Assembly: GCA_012837825.1 (NCBI GenBank)
Contig: DUQM01000015.1
Coordinates: 11,318 to 75,317 of the forward strand
Reading direction: 5' to 3'
Length of the DNA stretch: 64,000 bases
DNA from: Actinomycetota bacterium
GTDB taxonomy: Bacteria; Actinomycetota; Humimicrobiia; Humimicrobiales; Humimicrobiaceae
Part shown: positions 1-10,482 of the stretch, one piece after another
How the letters are laid out: each line of letters starts with the position of its first letter
How positions within the stretch are numbered: position 1 is the first letter of the stretch
Notes under the pieces: generated by a model
The model's database searches: none
Seen by the model: the letters and a program-made list of their open reading frames with translations, nothing else
What the model was told of the DNA's origin: nothing
Made by a program: the position numbers and the translations under genes

Positions 1-40
1 CGTAAGACTTAAAATACCTTGAAATCAAGGAATTTTAGAT

Positions 41-71
41 AAAAAAAGCAGATTTTTCTATCAGAATCTGC
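41..71 (-). terminator. Rho-independent terminator of ssrA
   Basis: A 7-bp stem gcagatt/aatctgc (48-71) is followed on the minus strand by an 8-nt U-run (plus-strand A-run 41-47). It sits about 9 nt past the tmRNA CCA end. Confidence 0.6.
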
Positions 72-80
72 TGTCTTGTC

Positions 81-434
81 TGGTGGAGGCGGCGGGAATT
101 GAACCCGCGTCCAAAGATATCGCCACTTAAACATCTACAAGCTTATTTCATATCTAAGTTTCGCTCCGGCAAATCATATGAACAATATCTGCCTTTGCTA
201 GACTGCATTTATTTCCCTTTCCGGAAAAGCAGTCTTCTCCCGAAAAAGTATCCTGTTAATTGCGCCCTTTTAAAATCACAGGCATATCTTAAAGGACGTT
301 AGCCGCTCTTATTAGGCAGCTAAAGCTAGTTCGCTATTATCTGCGTTTATTTTTATGTCCAGCTTTTTACGAGTCTCTGGAACTCGGCTTGCAATTTAAG
401 CTCAATCTATCCCTGTCGAATCCAATACGCCCCC
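81..434 (-). ncRNA. ssrA: tmRNA (SsrA), about 354 nt
   Basis: Minus-strand 5' end reads GGGGGCGTATTGGATTCGACAGGGATAG and the 3' end reads GGACGCGGGTTCAATTCCCGCCGCCTCCACCA. Both match the canonical tmRNA 5' acceptor/D region and the T-arm plus CCA end (compare E. coli ...GGGGGTTCAAATCCCCCCGGCTCCACCA). An internal tag ORF ends GCA GAT AAT AGC GAA CTA GCT TTA GCT GCC TAA TAA (…ADNSELALAA**) at about 309-344. It lies immediately downstream of smpB. Confidence 0.85.
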
Positions 435-508
435 TTAAGGCAGTAGAAGATTATTCAAGTCAGATAAAGCACTGCATTGATATTATAGCATATGGGTACA
501 AATGCTAT

Positions 509-985
509 TTAGCGATTAAAATTCTTCAGAGTCCGCTGTACTTCCCTTTCCTGAGCTTTTTTCTCAAGATCTTTGCGCTTGTCATATTTTAATTTTGCCT
601 TTACCAGCGCAAGCTCTACTTTTGCCAGATGGCTGGCAAAATAAACGTTCAGGGGTACAAGAGTTGTGCTTTTATCATTAAGCTTACCGGAAAGCTTGCG
701 TATCTGATTTTTATGCATCAGCAGTTTTCTTGTCCTGTAAGGTTGTGTCTCCTCTATTCTTGATTTGCTGTAGGGTGAAATATGCATATTATACAGGAGC
801 AGTTCATCATTTTTTATTCTTGCATAACTATCCTTAAGATTAACTTTGTGCTCCCTCAGGGATTTTACTTCATTTCCTTTAAGGACAATTCCTGCCTCAT
901 ATTTTTCTATAATAAAAAAATCATGAAAAGCTTTTTTGTTCTGTGCAACTATTTTTTTACTTTCTTCTTTTCTGTCTTTGCTCAT
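509..985 (-). CDS. smpB: SsrA-binding protein SmpB
   Basis: A 158-aa ORF with typical SmpB length and a basic C-terminal tail (…KLKYDKRKDLEKKAQEREV). It is directly upstream of tmRNA in the conserved smpB-ssrA arrangement. Confidence 0.85.
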   Translation of the reverse strand: MSKDRKEESKKIVAQNKKAFHDFFIIEKYEAGIVLKGNEVKSLREHKVNLKDSYARIKNDELLLYNMHISPYSKSRIEETQPYRTRKLLMHKNQIRKLSGKLNDKSTTLVPLNVYFASHLAKVELALVKAKLKYDKRKDLEKKAQEREVQRTLKNFNR

Positions 986-2238
986 TTTAATAATTTTTTC
1001 ATTTCCTCGACAGCTTTGTCTTTCTGGGTATCTGTCTTTAAACCGGGATCCGGCAAAACTTTTATATCCGGTTCAATACCGGTTCCATCAATAGACTCAC
1101 CAAGCGGGAGATAATACTTTGCTGTAGTAAACTTGATTCCGGATCCGTCAGAAAGCACATGAAGAGTCTGAACCGTTCCTTTGCCGAAACTTTTCATTCC
1201 CACAAGAACAGCCCGGTCGTGATCCTGAAGTGTCCCTGCGGTTAGTTCCGAAGCGCTTGCAGAATATTCATTTATAAGAACCACGAGAGGAATATCAGGA
1301 TATTTTCCTTCCGTAGCATTATAGTCCCGACTTACCTCTTTTCCATCAACTCTTCCTGTGACCCTTACAATAAGCCTGTCTTTTTCAAGAAACAAATCGC
1401 AAAGCTTTACTGCATCATCAAGAACACCGCCAAGATTATTTCTGAAATCAAGAATGATTCCTTCAGCTCCATTGTTAATCATGCTATCTATTTCTTTTTC
1501 TACCTGTTCCGCCCCGCCCTCCTGGAAATCATAATACTGTATATAGGCAATATTTCCGTCAATCATTTCTGAAACAAAATTCGGAATCGTAAATGTGCCT
1601 CTTGTTATTGTGATTTCAAAGGTTTTTAATTCTGAAGGTCTGTAAAAAGTTATTCTGACATCTGTTCCCACAGGACCGGTTATTTTTGAAACCACTTCTT
1701 CAAGTGCAATTCTTTCCGCTTCTTCTCCGTTTACTTTCTTAATAAGATCTCCCTGTTTTATATCCAGGGAAGAAGACGGGCTATCGGGAATTACCTTTAC
1801 TATTTCCACCTGTTCCCTATCATTAACAGTGACTATAACCCCGATTCCTCCGCTCATCACTCCCTTATACGATTCCATTATTTTTGCATACTGCTCTTTT
1901 GAAAAATACTCGGCGTGATTATCTTCAAGCTTTAACAGAATTCCCTGTATGGCTGCGGCTATAAGTTCATTTTTTGTTTTCGGATTAATGGCTTCTTTTA
2001 AAATCAGCTCTATTGCCTGTTCTATTGATTTGATACTTGCAGCAGTCTCCTGCTGTTCTCCTTTATCGCCGGTTATGTTGCTGCCTGTAATAATTTTTGC
2101 TGGAATTATTTCGCTTATCCTGGGAATTCTTATATTAAATTTGTAAGTAAAATCCAGCCCCAGTAAAAACCCTGTACCAAAAATAATTAGTGCCAGGATA
2201 AAGGATAATATAATTTTTAAAGCTTTAAATTTTTTCAT
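982..2238 (-). CDS. ctpA: C-terminal processing (tail-specific) peptidase, S41 family, with PDZ domain
   Basis: N-terminal signal/TM segment, a PDZ-like stretch (GVIVTVNDREQVEIVKVIPDSPS), and the S41 motifs GIILDFRNNLGG and GKGTVQT. It is adjacent to ftsEX as in the Bacillus ftsE-ftsX-ctpB arrangement. Confidence 0.8.
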   Translation of the reverse strand: MKKFKALKIILSFILALIIFGTGFLLGLDFTYKFNIRIPRISEIIPAKIITGSNITGDKGEQQETAASIKSIEQAIELILKEAINPKTKNELIAAAIQGILLKLEDNHAEYFSKEQYAKIMESYKGVMSGGIGVIVTVNDREQVEIVKVIPDSPSSSLDIKQGDLIKKVNGEEAERIALEEVVSKITGPVGTDVRITFYRPSELKTFEITITRGTFTIPNFVSEMIDGNIAYIQYYDFQEGGAEQVEKEIDSMINNGAEGIILDFRNNLGGVLDDAVKLCDLFLEKDRLIVRVTGRVDGKEVSRDYNATEGKYPDIPLVVLINEYSASASELTAGTLQDHDRAVLVGMKSFGKGTVQTLHVLSDGSGIKFTTAKYYLPLGESIDGTGIEPDIKVLPDPGLKTDTQKDKAVEEMKKLLK

Positions 2239-2454
2239 CCCAAACTTTCTGCAAATTTTTATAGAGTTTCATGCTAACGCTTATCTTAAATTAAATTTTA
2301 GAAAACTTGAATTAACTTTTAAATAATTTTTTAAAGAATTGATTCAGATATCAGAGTATTATTTGAAGAGGAAGCACTATAAGGGTATTTTTTTAACCAC
2401 CACCGGATAAAAAAGCTGAAAGATCCGGATCTGAAATACTGACTGATTTATCTT

Positions 2455-3627
2455 CTATAAATAACCCATGGGGTTCTGTGCGGCACCATTTATTCTTACT
2501 TCAAAATGAAGATGAGGACCGGTTGTCCAGCCTGTAGTTCCCACATATCCGATAACCTGGCCTCTTTTAACCATTTGTCCCTGCCCGACTGCAAAACTTG
2601 ACATATGCGCATAGAAAGTTGCAAAACCGCCGCCATGATAAATAAGTATGGAGTAGCCATATCCACCGGAATAAGATGCCTGCAGCACTTCTCCTCCGTC
2701 AGCAGCAATTATAGGCGTTCCGCTTGGAGCTGCAAGATCTACGCCTGAATGAAATCTTGTTCCTCCAAATATCGGGTGTCTTCTGTTTCCAAAACCGGAA
2801 ATAAGCTTTCCTGCCGTAGGCCATTGAAGTCTCCCGTTTGGAGCGCTTCCATATCTTAAAGATTCAAGTATTCTCTGGATCTCGGTTTCTTTTGCAGTAA
2901 GCTGGGCTTCCATTGCAATCAGGGCATTCTTGTCAGCTTTTGCGCTTGAAAGAAGACTTTTCTTTTCGTCCAGAATCCCGGATATTTCCGTTTTTTTCTG
3001 TTCGGCCTGTGTGACCAGTTTTTCAAGATTGGATTTTTGTTCATTCTGCTTTTTCTGAAGCTCCATTATGCTTTGCTGGACGCTTAAAGTTGCATTCTTC
3101 TTGTCTTTTATTTCTTCAATGATTACTGCATCCTGGTCAGCAAGAAGATTCATCAGTTTTAACTTGGATAAAAGCTCAGTAAAGCTCTGAGCCTTAAAAA
3201 TAACATCAAGTATGTTTGTATTGCCATTTTTGTATATTGAAGCAACTCTGTTATTGAGTATAGTTGATTTTGCGTCAAGCTCCTTATTTATTTCAAGCAG
3301 TTCGCTTTCCTTGATTGCAAGATCTATGGTGGTTTTATCTATATTGCTTTTAACATCAGCAAGATTGGTGTTCAGATCATTTAACTGATCAAGACTTGAA
3401 AGCAGCTGGTCTTCAACTTTATTGACCTGACCAAGATATTCCTGCTCCTTTTTTTTTGCATCCTCTATTTTCTTCTTGGTTTCTTCTTTTTCCTTTTTTA
3501 TCTGTTCAAGCTGATCTTCAAGAGAACCGCCGGACAAAGGAGCTACAGGAATTATCGTGAAGATAATAAGAACACATATAAAAATTGAAATTGCTACGAT
3601 TAAATTGCTTCTTTTTTTCATAATCAT
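2455..3627 (-). CDS. M23 family metallopeptidase with long N-terminal coiled coil (EnvC/murein hydrolase activator-like)
   Basis: N-terminal TM segment, about 250 aa of Q/K/E-rich coiled coil, and a C-terminal M23/LytM domain (GVDLAAPSGTPI…YGYSILIYHGGGFATFYAHMS…GPHLHFEVR). It is immediately downstream of ftsEX. Confidence 0.8.
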   Translation of the reverse strand: MIMKKRSNLIVAISIFICVLIIFTIIPVAPLSGGSLEDQLEQIKKEKEETKKKIEDAKKKEQEYLGQVNKVEDQLLSSLDQLNDLNTNLADVKSNIDKTTIDLAIKESELLEINKELDAKSTILNNRVASIYKNGNTNILDVIFKAQSFTELLSKLKLMNLLADQDAVIIEEIKDKKNATLSVQQSIMELQKKQNEQKSNLEKLVTQAEQKKTEISGILDEKKSLLSSAKADKNALIAMEAQLTAKETEIQRILESLRYGSAPNGRLQWPTAGKLISGFGNRRHPIFGGTRFHSGVDLAAPSGTPIIAADGGEVLQASYSGGYGYSILIYHGGGFATFYAHMSSFAVGQGQMVKRGQVIGYVGTTGWTTGPHLHFEVRINGAAQNPMGYL

Positions 3628-3635
3628 AAATTATA

Positions 3636-4553
3636 TTATACCCTCAAATATCTTCTTAATGCAAACCCGCTGCTGAGAAGGCCTATAAGAATTCCGACAA
3701 CCATAATTGCAAGGTATATAAATATAATTACATTATTTGATCCGAGCAGTGCGAGATTCTTTATTCTCATCGTTTCAACAAGAGCAGTTTCACCCTTTAT
3801 CAGAAGAAATCTGTTCAGGAAGTAAAGAAGCAGGACAGCAATTCCCCCGCCTACAAAACCTTCAAAAGATCCTTCAAAAAGGAAAGGAGCCCTTATATAC
3901 CAGTTTGTTGCTCCAACAAGCTTCATTACCTCTATTTCTTTTCTTCTTGCATGTATGGAAAGTCTGATTGTGTTAAAAATAAGAACTATTGTAGCCAGAA
4001 CCAGAATAATTATTATAAGCAAAGCAATGGTACCGGTGACTGCAGTTATTGAAAATAGTTTCCTGACATAATTCCTGCCATAGATGACTTCGTCGACCCC
4101 TTCAATATTTCCGCCATCCTTATCAACGAATCTTAAGGCAACCTGTTCTATTTTTTGCGGATCTTTCAGCCTTATTTCAAATGATGCCGGCAGCGGATTC
4201 CCCTGTATTTCTTTCAATATATCACTGCCTTCATATTGTGTTTTAAAGCGTTCAAGAGCCTGATCTTTTGAAATAAAGACCACTTCTTCGATTTCAGGCC
4301 ATTCTTTGATTTCTTCCTCAATATAGGCTTTTAAATCATCTGATATATTGTCTTTAAGATAAACAGCAACCTCAACCTGATTTTCAATTGAATTCAAAAC
4401 ACTTTGTATGTCAAAAACAATTATGGAAAAAACCCCGACTATGAACAAAGTTATTGCAACGGTGGTAATGGCAGTGAATCCCATCAGAAAATTTCTTCTG
4501 AGACTTAAAAAAGTCTCACCGAAAATATGTTTTGGTCGAAATACCAGGCTCAA
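3636..4553 (-). CDS. ftsX: Cell division ABC transporter permease FtsX
   Basis: 305 aa with a 4-TM FtsX-like topology and a large extracellular loop between TM1 and TM2. It overlaps ftsE by 4 nt. Confidence 0.8.
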   Translation of the reverse strand: MSLVFRPKHIFGETFLSLRRNFLMGFTAITTVAITLFIVGVFSIIVFDIQSVLNSIENQVEVAVYLKDNISDDLKAYIEEEIKEWPEIEEVVFISKDQALERFKTQYEGSDILKEIQGNPLPASFEIRLKDPQKIEQVALRFVDKDGGNIEGVDEVIYGRNYVRKLFSITAVTGTIALLIIIILVLATIVLIFNTIRLSIHARRKEIEVMKLVGATNWYIRAPFLFEGSFEGFVGGGIAVLLLYFLNRFLLIKGETALVETMRIKNLALLGSNNVIIFIYLAIMVVGILIGLLSSGFALRRYLRV

Positions 4554-5242
4554 GATCCGTATACTCCTCTTCTCTGATCTCTTATAATTATTCCATCTTC
4601 AAGTTCAACTACTCTTCTTCTCATTGAATTTACTATCGATTTCTCATGTGTCGCCATAACTACAGTTGTGCCTATAAGATTAATTCTTGAAAGCAGCTTC
4701 ATTATTCCTTCGGAGGTTGCAGGATCAAGGTTTCCTGTCGGCTCGTCGGCAAGAAGTATCGGTGGCCTGTTTACAAAAGCCCTTGCAATACAGACTCTCT
4801 GCTGTTCGCCACCGGAAAGCTGATGTGGAAGTGAATCCATTTTGTTATATAATCCCACAAGTTTTAATACCTGGGGCACCTGAGCTCTGATTATATAATT
4901 CGGTTTTCCGATTACTTCAAGCGCAAATGCAATATTGTCAAATACTGTTCTGTCAGAAAGAAGCTTGTAGTCCTGAAAAATACATCCGATATTTCTTCTG
5001 AGCTGGGGGATTCTGTTGTTTTTCAGATTACATATGTTTCTTCCGGCAATAAATATTGTTCCGCTTGTGACAGAGATCTCTTTTGTAAGAACTTTTATAA
5101 ATGTTGATTTCCCTGAACCGCTTGGCCCTACCATAAAAACGAATTCGCCTTTTTTGATAACAAGATTTATATCTCTGAGTGCAGCAGAATTATTTTCATA
5201 TATTTTGTTTACGTTTCTAAATTCAATCATATTCATAGTCAA
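4550..5242 (-). CDS. ftsE: Cell division ATP-binding protein FtsE
   Basis: Walker A GPSGSGKST, ABC signature LSGGEQQRV, Walker B ILLADEPT. It has about 230 aa and is paired with ftsX. Confidence 0.85.
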   Translation of the reverse strand: MTMNMIEFRNVNKIYENNSAALRDINLVIKKGEFVFMVGPSGSGKSTFIKVLTKEISVTSGTIFIAGRNICNLKNNRIPQLRRNIGCIFQDYKLLSDRTVFDNIAFALEVIGKPNYIIRAQVPQVLKLVGLYNKMDSLPHQLSGGEQQRVCIARAFVNRPPILLADEPTGNLDPATSEGIMKLLSRINLIGTTVVMATHEKSIVNSMRRRVVELEDGIIIRDQRRGVYGS

Positions 5243-5325
5243 AAACCCTGCTGGATATAGCTGAAAAAATTGTCCAAAAATTCTAAAAAGGATATTAACA
5301 TAATGAAATTATATAGTCCATAAAA

Positions 5326-6448
5326 TTAGTTTTGTTTTATATTTTTTTCAAGATAAGATTTTATAAACACATCAATATCTCCATCAAGAACTGAATTTAC
5401 ATCACCGATCTCTGTATTGGTTCTGTGATCTTTGATCATCTGATACGGCTGAAGGACATAGCTCCTGATCTGGCTTCCCCATCCTATGTCTTTCTTTTCC
5501 CCTCTTATTCCTTCTATTTCATCCATCTTCTTTTTCATCTCAGTCTCATACAGTTTTGATCGGAGTATTTTCATTGCGGTTTCCCTGTTCATCAGCTGAG
5601 ATCTTTCATTCTGACAGGAAACAATCACTCCTGAAGGGATATGAGTTATCCTTACTGCCGAGTCTGTGACATTTACATGCTGACCTCCTGCACCGGTAGA
5701 GCGATAGGTATCTATTTTTAAATCGTCTTTGTTTATCTCAAGTTCAATGCTATCTTCAATAAGCGGTATTACATCAACTGCGGCAAAAGAAGTGTGTCTC
5801 CTTTTTGAAGAATCAAAGGGACTTATCCTTACAAGCCTGTGAACGCCTTTTTCTGACTTCAAAAGACCATAGGCATTGCTCCCGGAAACGGTAAAAGTGA
5901 CATTCTTGATTCCGGCTTCTTCACCGGGCAGATAATCTGTTATTTTATAGCTGAGCTTCTTTTTTTCAATCCACTTTGTATACATCCTTAGAAGCATTTC
6001 CACCCAGTCATGCGATTCCGTCCCCCCGGCACCGGGATGAATATTGACTATTGCAGGATTATTATCATAAGGCTCGCTTAAAAGTAATTTTTCCTCAGTC
6101 AGACTTATGAGGTTGTTTAGCTCAGCGATATTTGCATAAAGCTCATTTTTAATTGCGCTGTCATCTTCAACATTCAGTATACTTGCAGCAACTGCTGCTT
6201 CCTCAAGCTTGTCATGCATCTTATTATAAAGTTCAACATCATCCTTAAGACTGTTAATCTTCTGCATTAGATCCTGGGCTTTTTCATAATCATCCCAGAA
6301 GCCATCTTTTGCAGCAATCTGATTAAGGTCGTTTATCCTGGTTTTCTTATCTTCTATTTCAAAGACAGCCTTTCAGATATTCAACTTTTTCTTCAAGCTC
6401 TTTTATTAATTCCTCGTGCCGGGCTTCTTCATTTTTTAATTCATTCAT
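5326..6448 (-). CDS. prfB: Peptide chain release factor 2, translated with a programmed +1 ribosomal frameshift (join 6448..6362, 6360..5326 on the minus strand)
   Basis: The downstream frame has GGQ (…TGAGGQHVNVTDSAVRITHIPSG) and SPF-type RF2 features. A short frame-0 leader, ATG AAT GAA … GGC TGT CTT TGA A (MNELKNEEARHEELIKELEEKVEYLKGCL*), ends in the canonical CTT-TGA shifty stop. The +1 frame continues EIEDKK…MQKINSLKDD into the tracked ORF. Confidence 0.85.
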
Positions 6449-6468
6449 TTACTGACCTTTTAATTTTT

Positions 6469-9018
6469 TTAAAGATTTGCACCGCAACATTTTTTGTATT
6501 TTTTCCCGCTTCCGCAGGGGCAGGGATCATTTCTGCCTACTTTTCCTTCAGCTTTTACAGGTTCTTTTTTTGAAGGAGTACTGTCTCCGGGTCCGCTTGC
6601 AGTGACATTTCTATATTGCTTCTCATGTTCCTTTTCCTGTTCCTGCCCTGTGTATATTCTTGCATTATACAGTAATCTTACCGTGTCGCTCTTTATTTCT
6701 TCTATCATATCCTTGAATAAATGAAAAGATTCATGCTTGTATTCAATAAGAGGATCATGCTGGCCGTATGATCTTAACCCTATCCCTTCCTTTAGGTAGT
6801 CCATTTCCAGCAGATGATCTCTCCATCTATTGTCTATAACTGTAAGAATGACTATTCTCTTAAGCTGCTTCATTATTTCAGGCCCGAATTCTTCTTCTCT
6901 TGATTTTAAAAGAAGCAAAGCTCTTTCGAGAATTTCTTCCTTTAGCTGATTTCTGCTAACCTTTCCTGAAGCCAGTTTTTCTTTTTCAATAATACCTTCT
7001 GAGACATCCTTGCCGAATAAATTTATTAAATGATTTTTGTATTCATCTATATCCCATTCTTCATAGTAAGTATTCTGGTCAAGGTATTTGTCAAAGATCC
7101 GGCTTATTATATCTCTTATCATTTCGTTTGAAGAATCATCAAGATCCTGTTCCAGAAGAGCTTTTTTCCGTCTTTCATATATTACTTCTCTCTGCTTGTT
7201 CATTACATCGTCATATTCCAGGACATGCTTTCTTGCTTCAAAATTTCTTGCTTCAACCTGTCTCTGGGCATTTTCAATTGAACGGTTTATTATAGGGTGA
7301 GCTATGGGCATGTCATCGGGAAAATTCATTCTTTCCATTAGAAAGCTTATCCTGTCAGAACCAAACAGCCTTAAAAGATCGTCTTTAAGGCTCAGGTAAA
7401 ACTGGCTTGAACCAGGATCTCCCTGTCTTCCGCTTCTTCCTCTTAGCTGGTTATCGATTCTTCTGGATTCATGTCTTTCGGTTCCAAGAACATGCAGACC
7501 GCCAAGACCGACCACTCCTTCTCCAAGTATTATATCTGTTCCTCTTCCAGCCATATTGGTTGAAATAGTTACAGATCCCGGCTGGCCTGCCTTTGCAATT
7601 ATTTCAGCTTCCTTTTCATGATATCTTGCATTCAGCACTTCGTGGGGAATTCCCTCTTTTTTTAACATTTCGCTTAGCAGCTCGGACTTTTCAATAGATA
7701 TAGTCCCTACAAGCACCGGCTGTCCTTTGGCATATCTTTCCTTTATATCTTCAACCACTGCTTCAAACTTTGTCTGTTCAGTCTTATATATAAGATCCGG
7801 CATATCATCTCTTATCATAGGCATATTGGTAGGTATCACTGATGTTTCAAGCTTGTATATATGCCTGAATTCTTCCGCTTCCGTCAGTGCTGTTCCCGTC
7901 ATGCCGGCAAGTTTTTCATACATCCTGAAGTAATTCTGTATGGTTATCGTTGCAAGCGTCTGGTTTTCTTCCTTGATTCTTACATTTTCTTTGGCTTCAA
8001 TTGCCTGATGAAGACCCTCGCTGTAGCGTCTTCCGTCAAGAATACGTCCGGTAAACTCATCGACAATCAGCACTTCACCATCTTTGACAATATAATCGAC
8101 ATCTTTTTTAAACAAATGATAAGCTTTAAGAGCCTGGTTTAGGGCATGGATATAAAGATAATTGGAAGGATCGTATATATTTTTAATTCCTGTGATTTTC
8201 TCAACTTTTAAAACTCCTTCTTCGGTGATTGCAGCACTTTTCTGCTTTTCGTCAATTTCAAAATCAATATCTTCTTCCAGCCTTGGAACTATCCTTGCCA
8301 TTTTTTTGTAAAGCTCTGTTGACTGGTAAGGAATTCCTGAGATAATTAAAGGAGTCCGGGCTTCATCTATAAGTATGCTGTCGACTTCATCAATAATGGC
8401 ATAATGATGCTCTTTCTGCACCATCATTTCTTTGGAAGTCACCATATTATCTCTCAGGTAATCGAAACCGAATTCATTATTTGTGCCATAAACAACATCA
8501 CACAGGTAGGCGCTTATCTTGTCTCTGTACTCCTGGCTGTTTTGCAGAAGTCCGACACTCATTCCAAGCATGCTGTATACTTTTCCCATCCATTCACTGT
8601 CTCTTTTGGCAAGATAATCATTTACGGTAACAATATGGCAGCTTTTGCCGGTAAAAGAATTAAGATATGCGGGAAGAGTAGCAACAAGAGTCTTGCCTTC
8701 ACCTGTCTTCATTTCAGCTATTTTGCCTTCGAAAAGCACTATGCCTCCCAGAAGCTGTACATCAAAGTGTCTCATTCCCAGAACCCTCCTGGCAGCTTCC
8801 CTCGCTACAGCAAAAGCTTCAGGCATTATGCTTTCAAGTGTCTCGCCTTTTTCGTATCTAAGATGAAACTGTGCTTTTTTCCCCTTAATATCATAATCAG
8901 AAAGTCTGCCGGTCTCTTTTTCAAACTCGTTTATTCGGGAAATAATTGCATCATATCTTTTAATTGCCTTTCCCTGACCGGCCCTGAGCAGATTTTGTAG
9001 CTTAAACATAAAAATCAC
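6469..9018 (-). CDS. secA: Preprotein translocase ATPase SecA
   Basis: 849 aa with the DEAD-like motor ([27 protein letters not shown]), the signature SecA motif LHQAIEAKE, and a C-terminal zinc-binding tail [14 protein letters not shown]. Confidence 0.95.
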   Translation of the reverse strand: MIFMFKLQNLLRAGQGKAIKRYDAIISRINEFEKETGRLSDYDIKGKKAQFHLRYEKGETLESIMPEAFAVAREAARRVLGMRHFDVQLLGGIVLFEGKIAEMKTGEGKTLVATLPAYLNSFTGKSCHIVTVNDYLAKRDSEWMGKVYSMLGMSVGLLQNSQEYRDKISAYLCDVVYGTNNEFGFDYLRDNMVTSKEMMVQKEHHYAIIDEVDSILIDEARTPLIISGIPYQSTELYKKMARIVPRLEEDIDFEIDEKQKSAAITEEGVLKVEKITGIKNIYDPSNYLYIHALNQALKAYHLFKKDVDYIVKDGEVLIVDEFTGRILDGRRYSEGLHQAIEAKENVRIKEENQTLATITIQNYFRMYEKLAGMTGTALTEAEEFRHIYKLETSVIPTNMPMIRDDMPDLIYKTEQTKFEAVVEDIKERYAKGQPVLVGTISIEKSELLSEMLKKEGIPHEVLNARYHEKEAEIIAKAGQPGSVTISTNMAGRGTDIILGEGVVGLGGLHVLGTERHESRRIDNQLRGRSGRQGDPGSSQFYLSLKDDLLRLFGSDRISFLMERMNFPDDMPIAHPIINRSIENAQRQVEARNFEARKHVLEYDDVMNKQREVIYERRKKALLEQDLDDSSNEMIRDIISRIFDKYLDQNTYYEEWDIDEYKNHLINLFGKDVSEGIIEKEKLASGKVSRNQLKEEILERALLLLKSREEEFGPEIMKQLKRIVILTVIDNRWRDHLLEMDYLKEGIGLRSYGQHDPLIEYKHESFHLFKDMIEEIKSDTVRLLYNARIYTGQEQEKEHEKQYRNVTASGPGDSTPSKKEPVKAEGKVGRNDPCPCGSGKKYKKCCGANL

Positions 9019-9039
9019 CAGACTTAAAAAGTCATTTAT

Positions 9040-9588
9040 TTAAGATTGTGGTTCAATCAAACCGTAATTTGTGTCTTTTCTTTTATAGATAACTGATGTT
9101 TTTCCCGTATCGGCATTTACGAAAACGAAAAAATCATGTCCCAGAAGCTCCATCTGTAAAGAAGCTTCTTCAGGTGTCATGGGTTTTATTTCAAATCTTT
9201 TTATTTTAACTATTTCTTTCAGTTCATCTTCGGATACTTCCGCCTGCTGCAACGGGCCAATCTTTGTTTCCGCAGGCTTTCTGCTTTTCTGTATCATCTT
9301 GTTCTTATATCTTTTTATCTGTCTTTCAATTTTGCTTCCCACTTTGTCTATTGCTTCAAAGAAATCAGTACCTGAATCAGCAGCTCTTATAACAGCCCTC
9401 GGAGTAAATATTGTTACCTCAGCCTTATTATTTAAATTTATGCTAGGGTTTTTTTCCAGAGAGAATTCAATCTCTGTTTTCACAGTTTTGTCAACGAATT
9501 TTTCTATCCTGTTTTTTATTTTTTTCTCAGCATACTTTTTAATGTTATCCGGAAGATTCACATTTCTGCTTTTGATTACAAATTCCAT
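9040..9588 (-). CDS. hpf: Ribosome hibernation promoting factor (long HPF, RaiA family)
   Basis: 182 aa with an N-terminal S30AE/RaiA fold plus a C-terminal dimerisation extension. It lies between secA and comFC as in the B. subtilis yvyD-secA-prfB arrangement. Confidence 0.75.
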   Translation of the reverse strand: MEFVIKSRNVNLPDNIKKYAEKKIKNRIEKFVDKTVKTEIEFSLEKNPSINLNNKAEVTIFTPRAVIRAADSGTDFFEAIDKVGSKIERQIKRYKNKMIQKSRKPAETKIGPLQQAEVSEDELKEIVKIKRFEIKPMTPEEASLQMELLGHDFFVFVNADTGKTSVIYKRKDTNYGLIEPQS

Positions 9589-9669
9589 TTTGTCCTCCTT
9601 ATCATTTTAAACAGCCATTATATACTTAAAATAAAAAAATCACTTGATTATTTGGATTTTATTTTCATT

Positions 9670-10422
9670 TTATGCATTCACCCTTGCCAGTGTCATCACA
9701 TAAACTTTATCGGCCATACATCTCTTCATTGCACATGCGACTTCATTTATAGTGCTGCCCGTTGTCACAACATCATCAATGAGTAAAATATTTTTTCTGT
9801 AATAAAGAAACGGATTCCTGGCCTTGAATACATTTTTCAAATTAAGAAGTCTTTCATTTTTATTTAACATCTGCTGCCTTGAGGTCTTTCTTATTTTTAT
9901 TATATTATTCACAAATGGTATTTTTGTTAATTCAGAAAGCTTTGATGCCAGCAGTTCCATATGGCTTCTCTCCGTCTTTTTAAAACTATTTTCATGGCTG
10001 ATATATGTTTCATCCTGTCCGATATTGAAATCCGGAACTGTTTCTATAAAATCAATATCTTCATCCGGAAAATGTTCGATAAGCATTTTTTTTAAAAGAC
10101 GGGCAAGTTCTGAAGAAACTGAATATATTTTATTGTATTTGAAATTTATTATCGCTTTTCTGAGAATTCCTTCATATCTGCCAAAACTTCTTAATTTGTA
10201 GAAGCTGAATTCCTTTTCTTTGCAGAAGCTACACAAACTGTCGGATTTGCTTTCATGGGGCAGCAGGGAACCGCAGTAACTGCATAAGTTTCCATTTATT
10301 TTATCTATTTTTCTGATACAGTCAGCACAAATATAACCTGAACATAACTCCCCACAGTTCAGACAAGTCTGTGGAGAGAAAAAATTTTTATATAAATTAA
10401 CTATAAAATTATAAAGACTCAA
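9670..10422 (-). CDS. comFC: ComF family phosphoribosyltransferase-domain protein (ComFC-like)
   Basis: N-terminal double Cys pairs (CLNCGELCSGYICADC…CSYCG) followed by a PRTase motif LLIDDVVTTGSTINE. Confidence 0.7.
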   Translation of the reverse strand: MSLYNFIVNLYKNFFSPQTCLNCGELCSGYICADCIRKIDKINGNLCSYCGSLLPHESKSDSLCSFCKEKEFSFYKLRSFGRYEGILRKAIINFKYNKIYSVSSELARLLKKMLIEHFPDEDIDFIETVPDFNIGQDETYISHENSFKKTERSHMELLASKLSELTKIPFVNNIIKIRKTSRQQMLNKNERLLNLKNVFKARNPFLYYRKNILLIDDVVTTGSTINEVACAMKRCMADKVYVMTLARVNA

Positions 10423-10482
10423 TTTTTCTTTTTTAACAATACCTCTTAATTTCTCAAATCATAATACTCTTTATTTGCAAAA

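Noticed and set aside
2395-2430. Inverted repeat CCGGAT-(14 nt)-ATCCGG between the ctp and M23 peptidase genes.
   Set aside because: The 6-bp stem has no adjacent U-run in the orientation of the upstream minus-strand gene. This is weak evidence for a terminator, so it is not reported as a feature.
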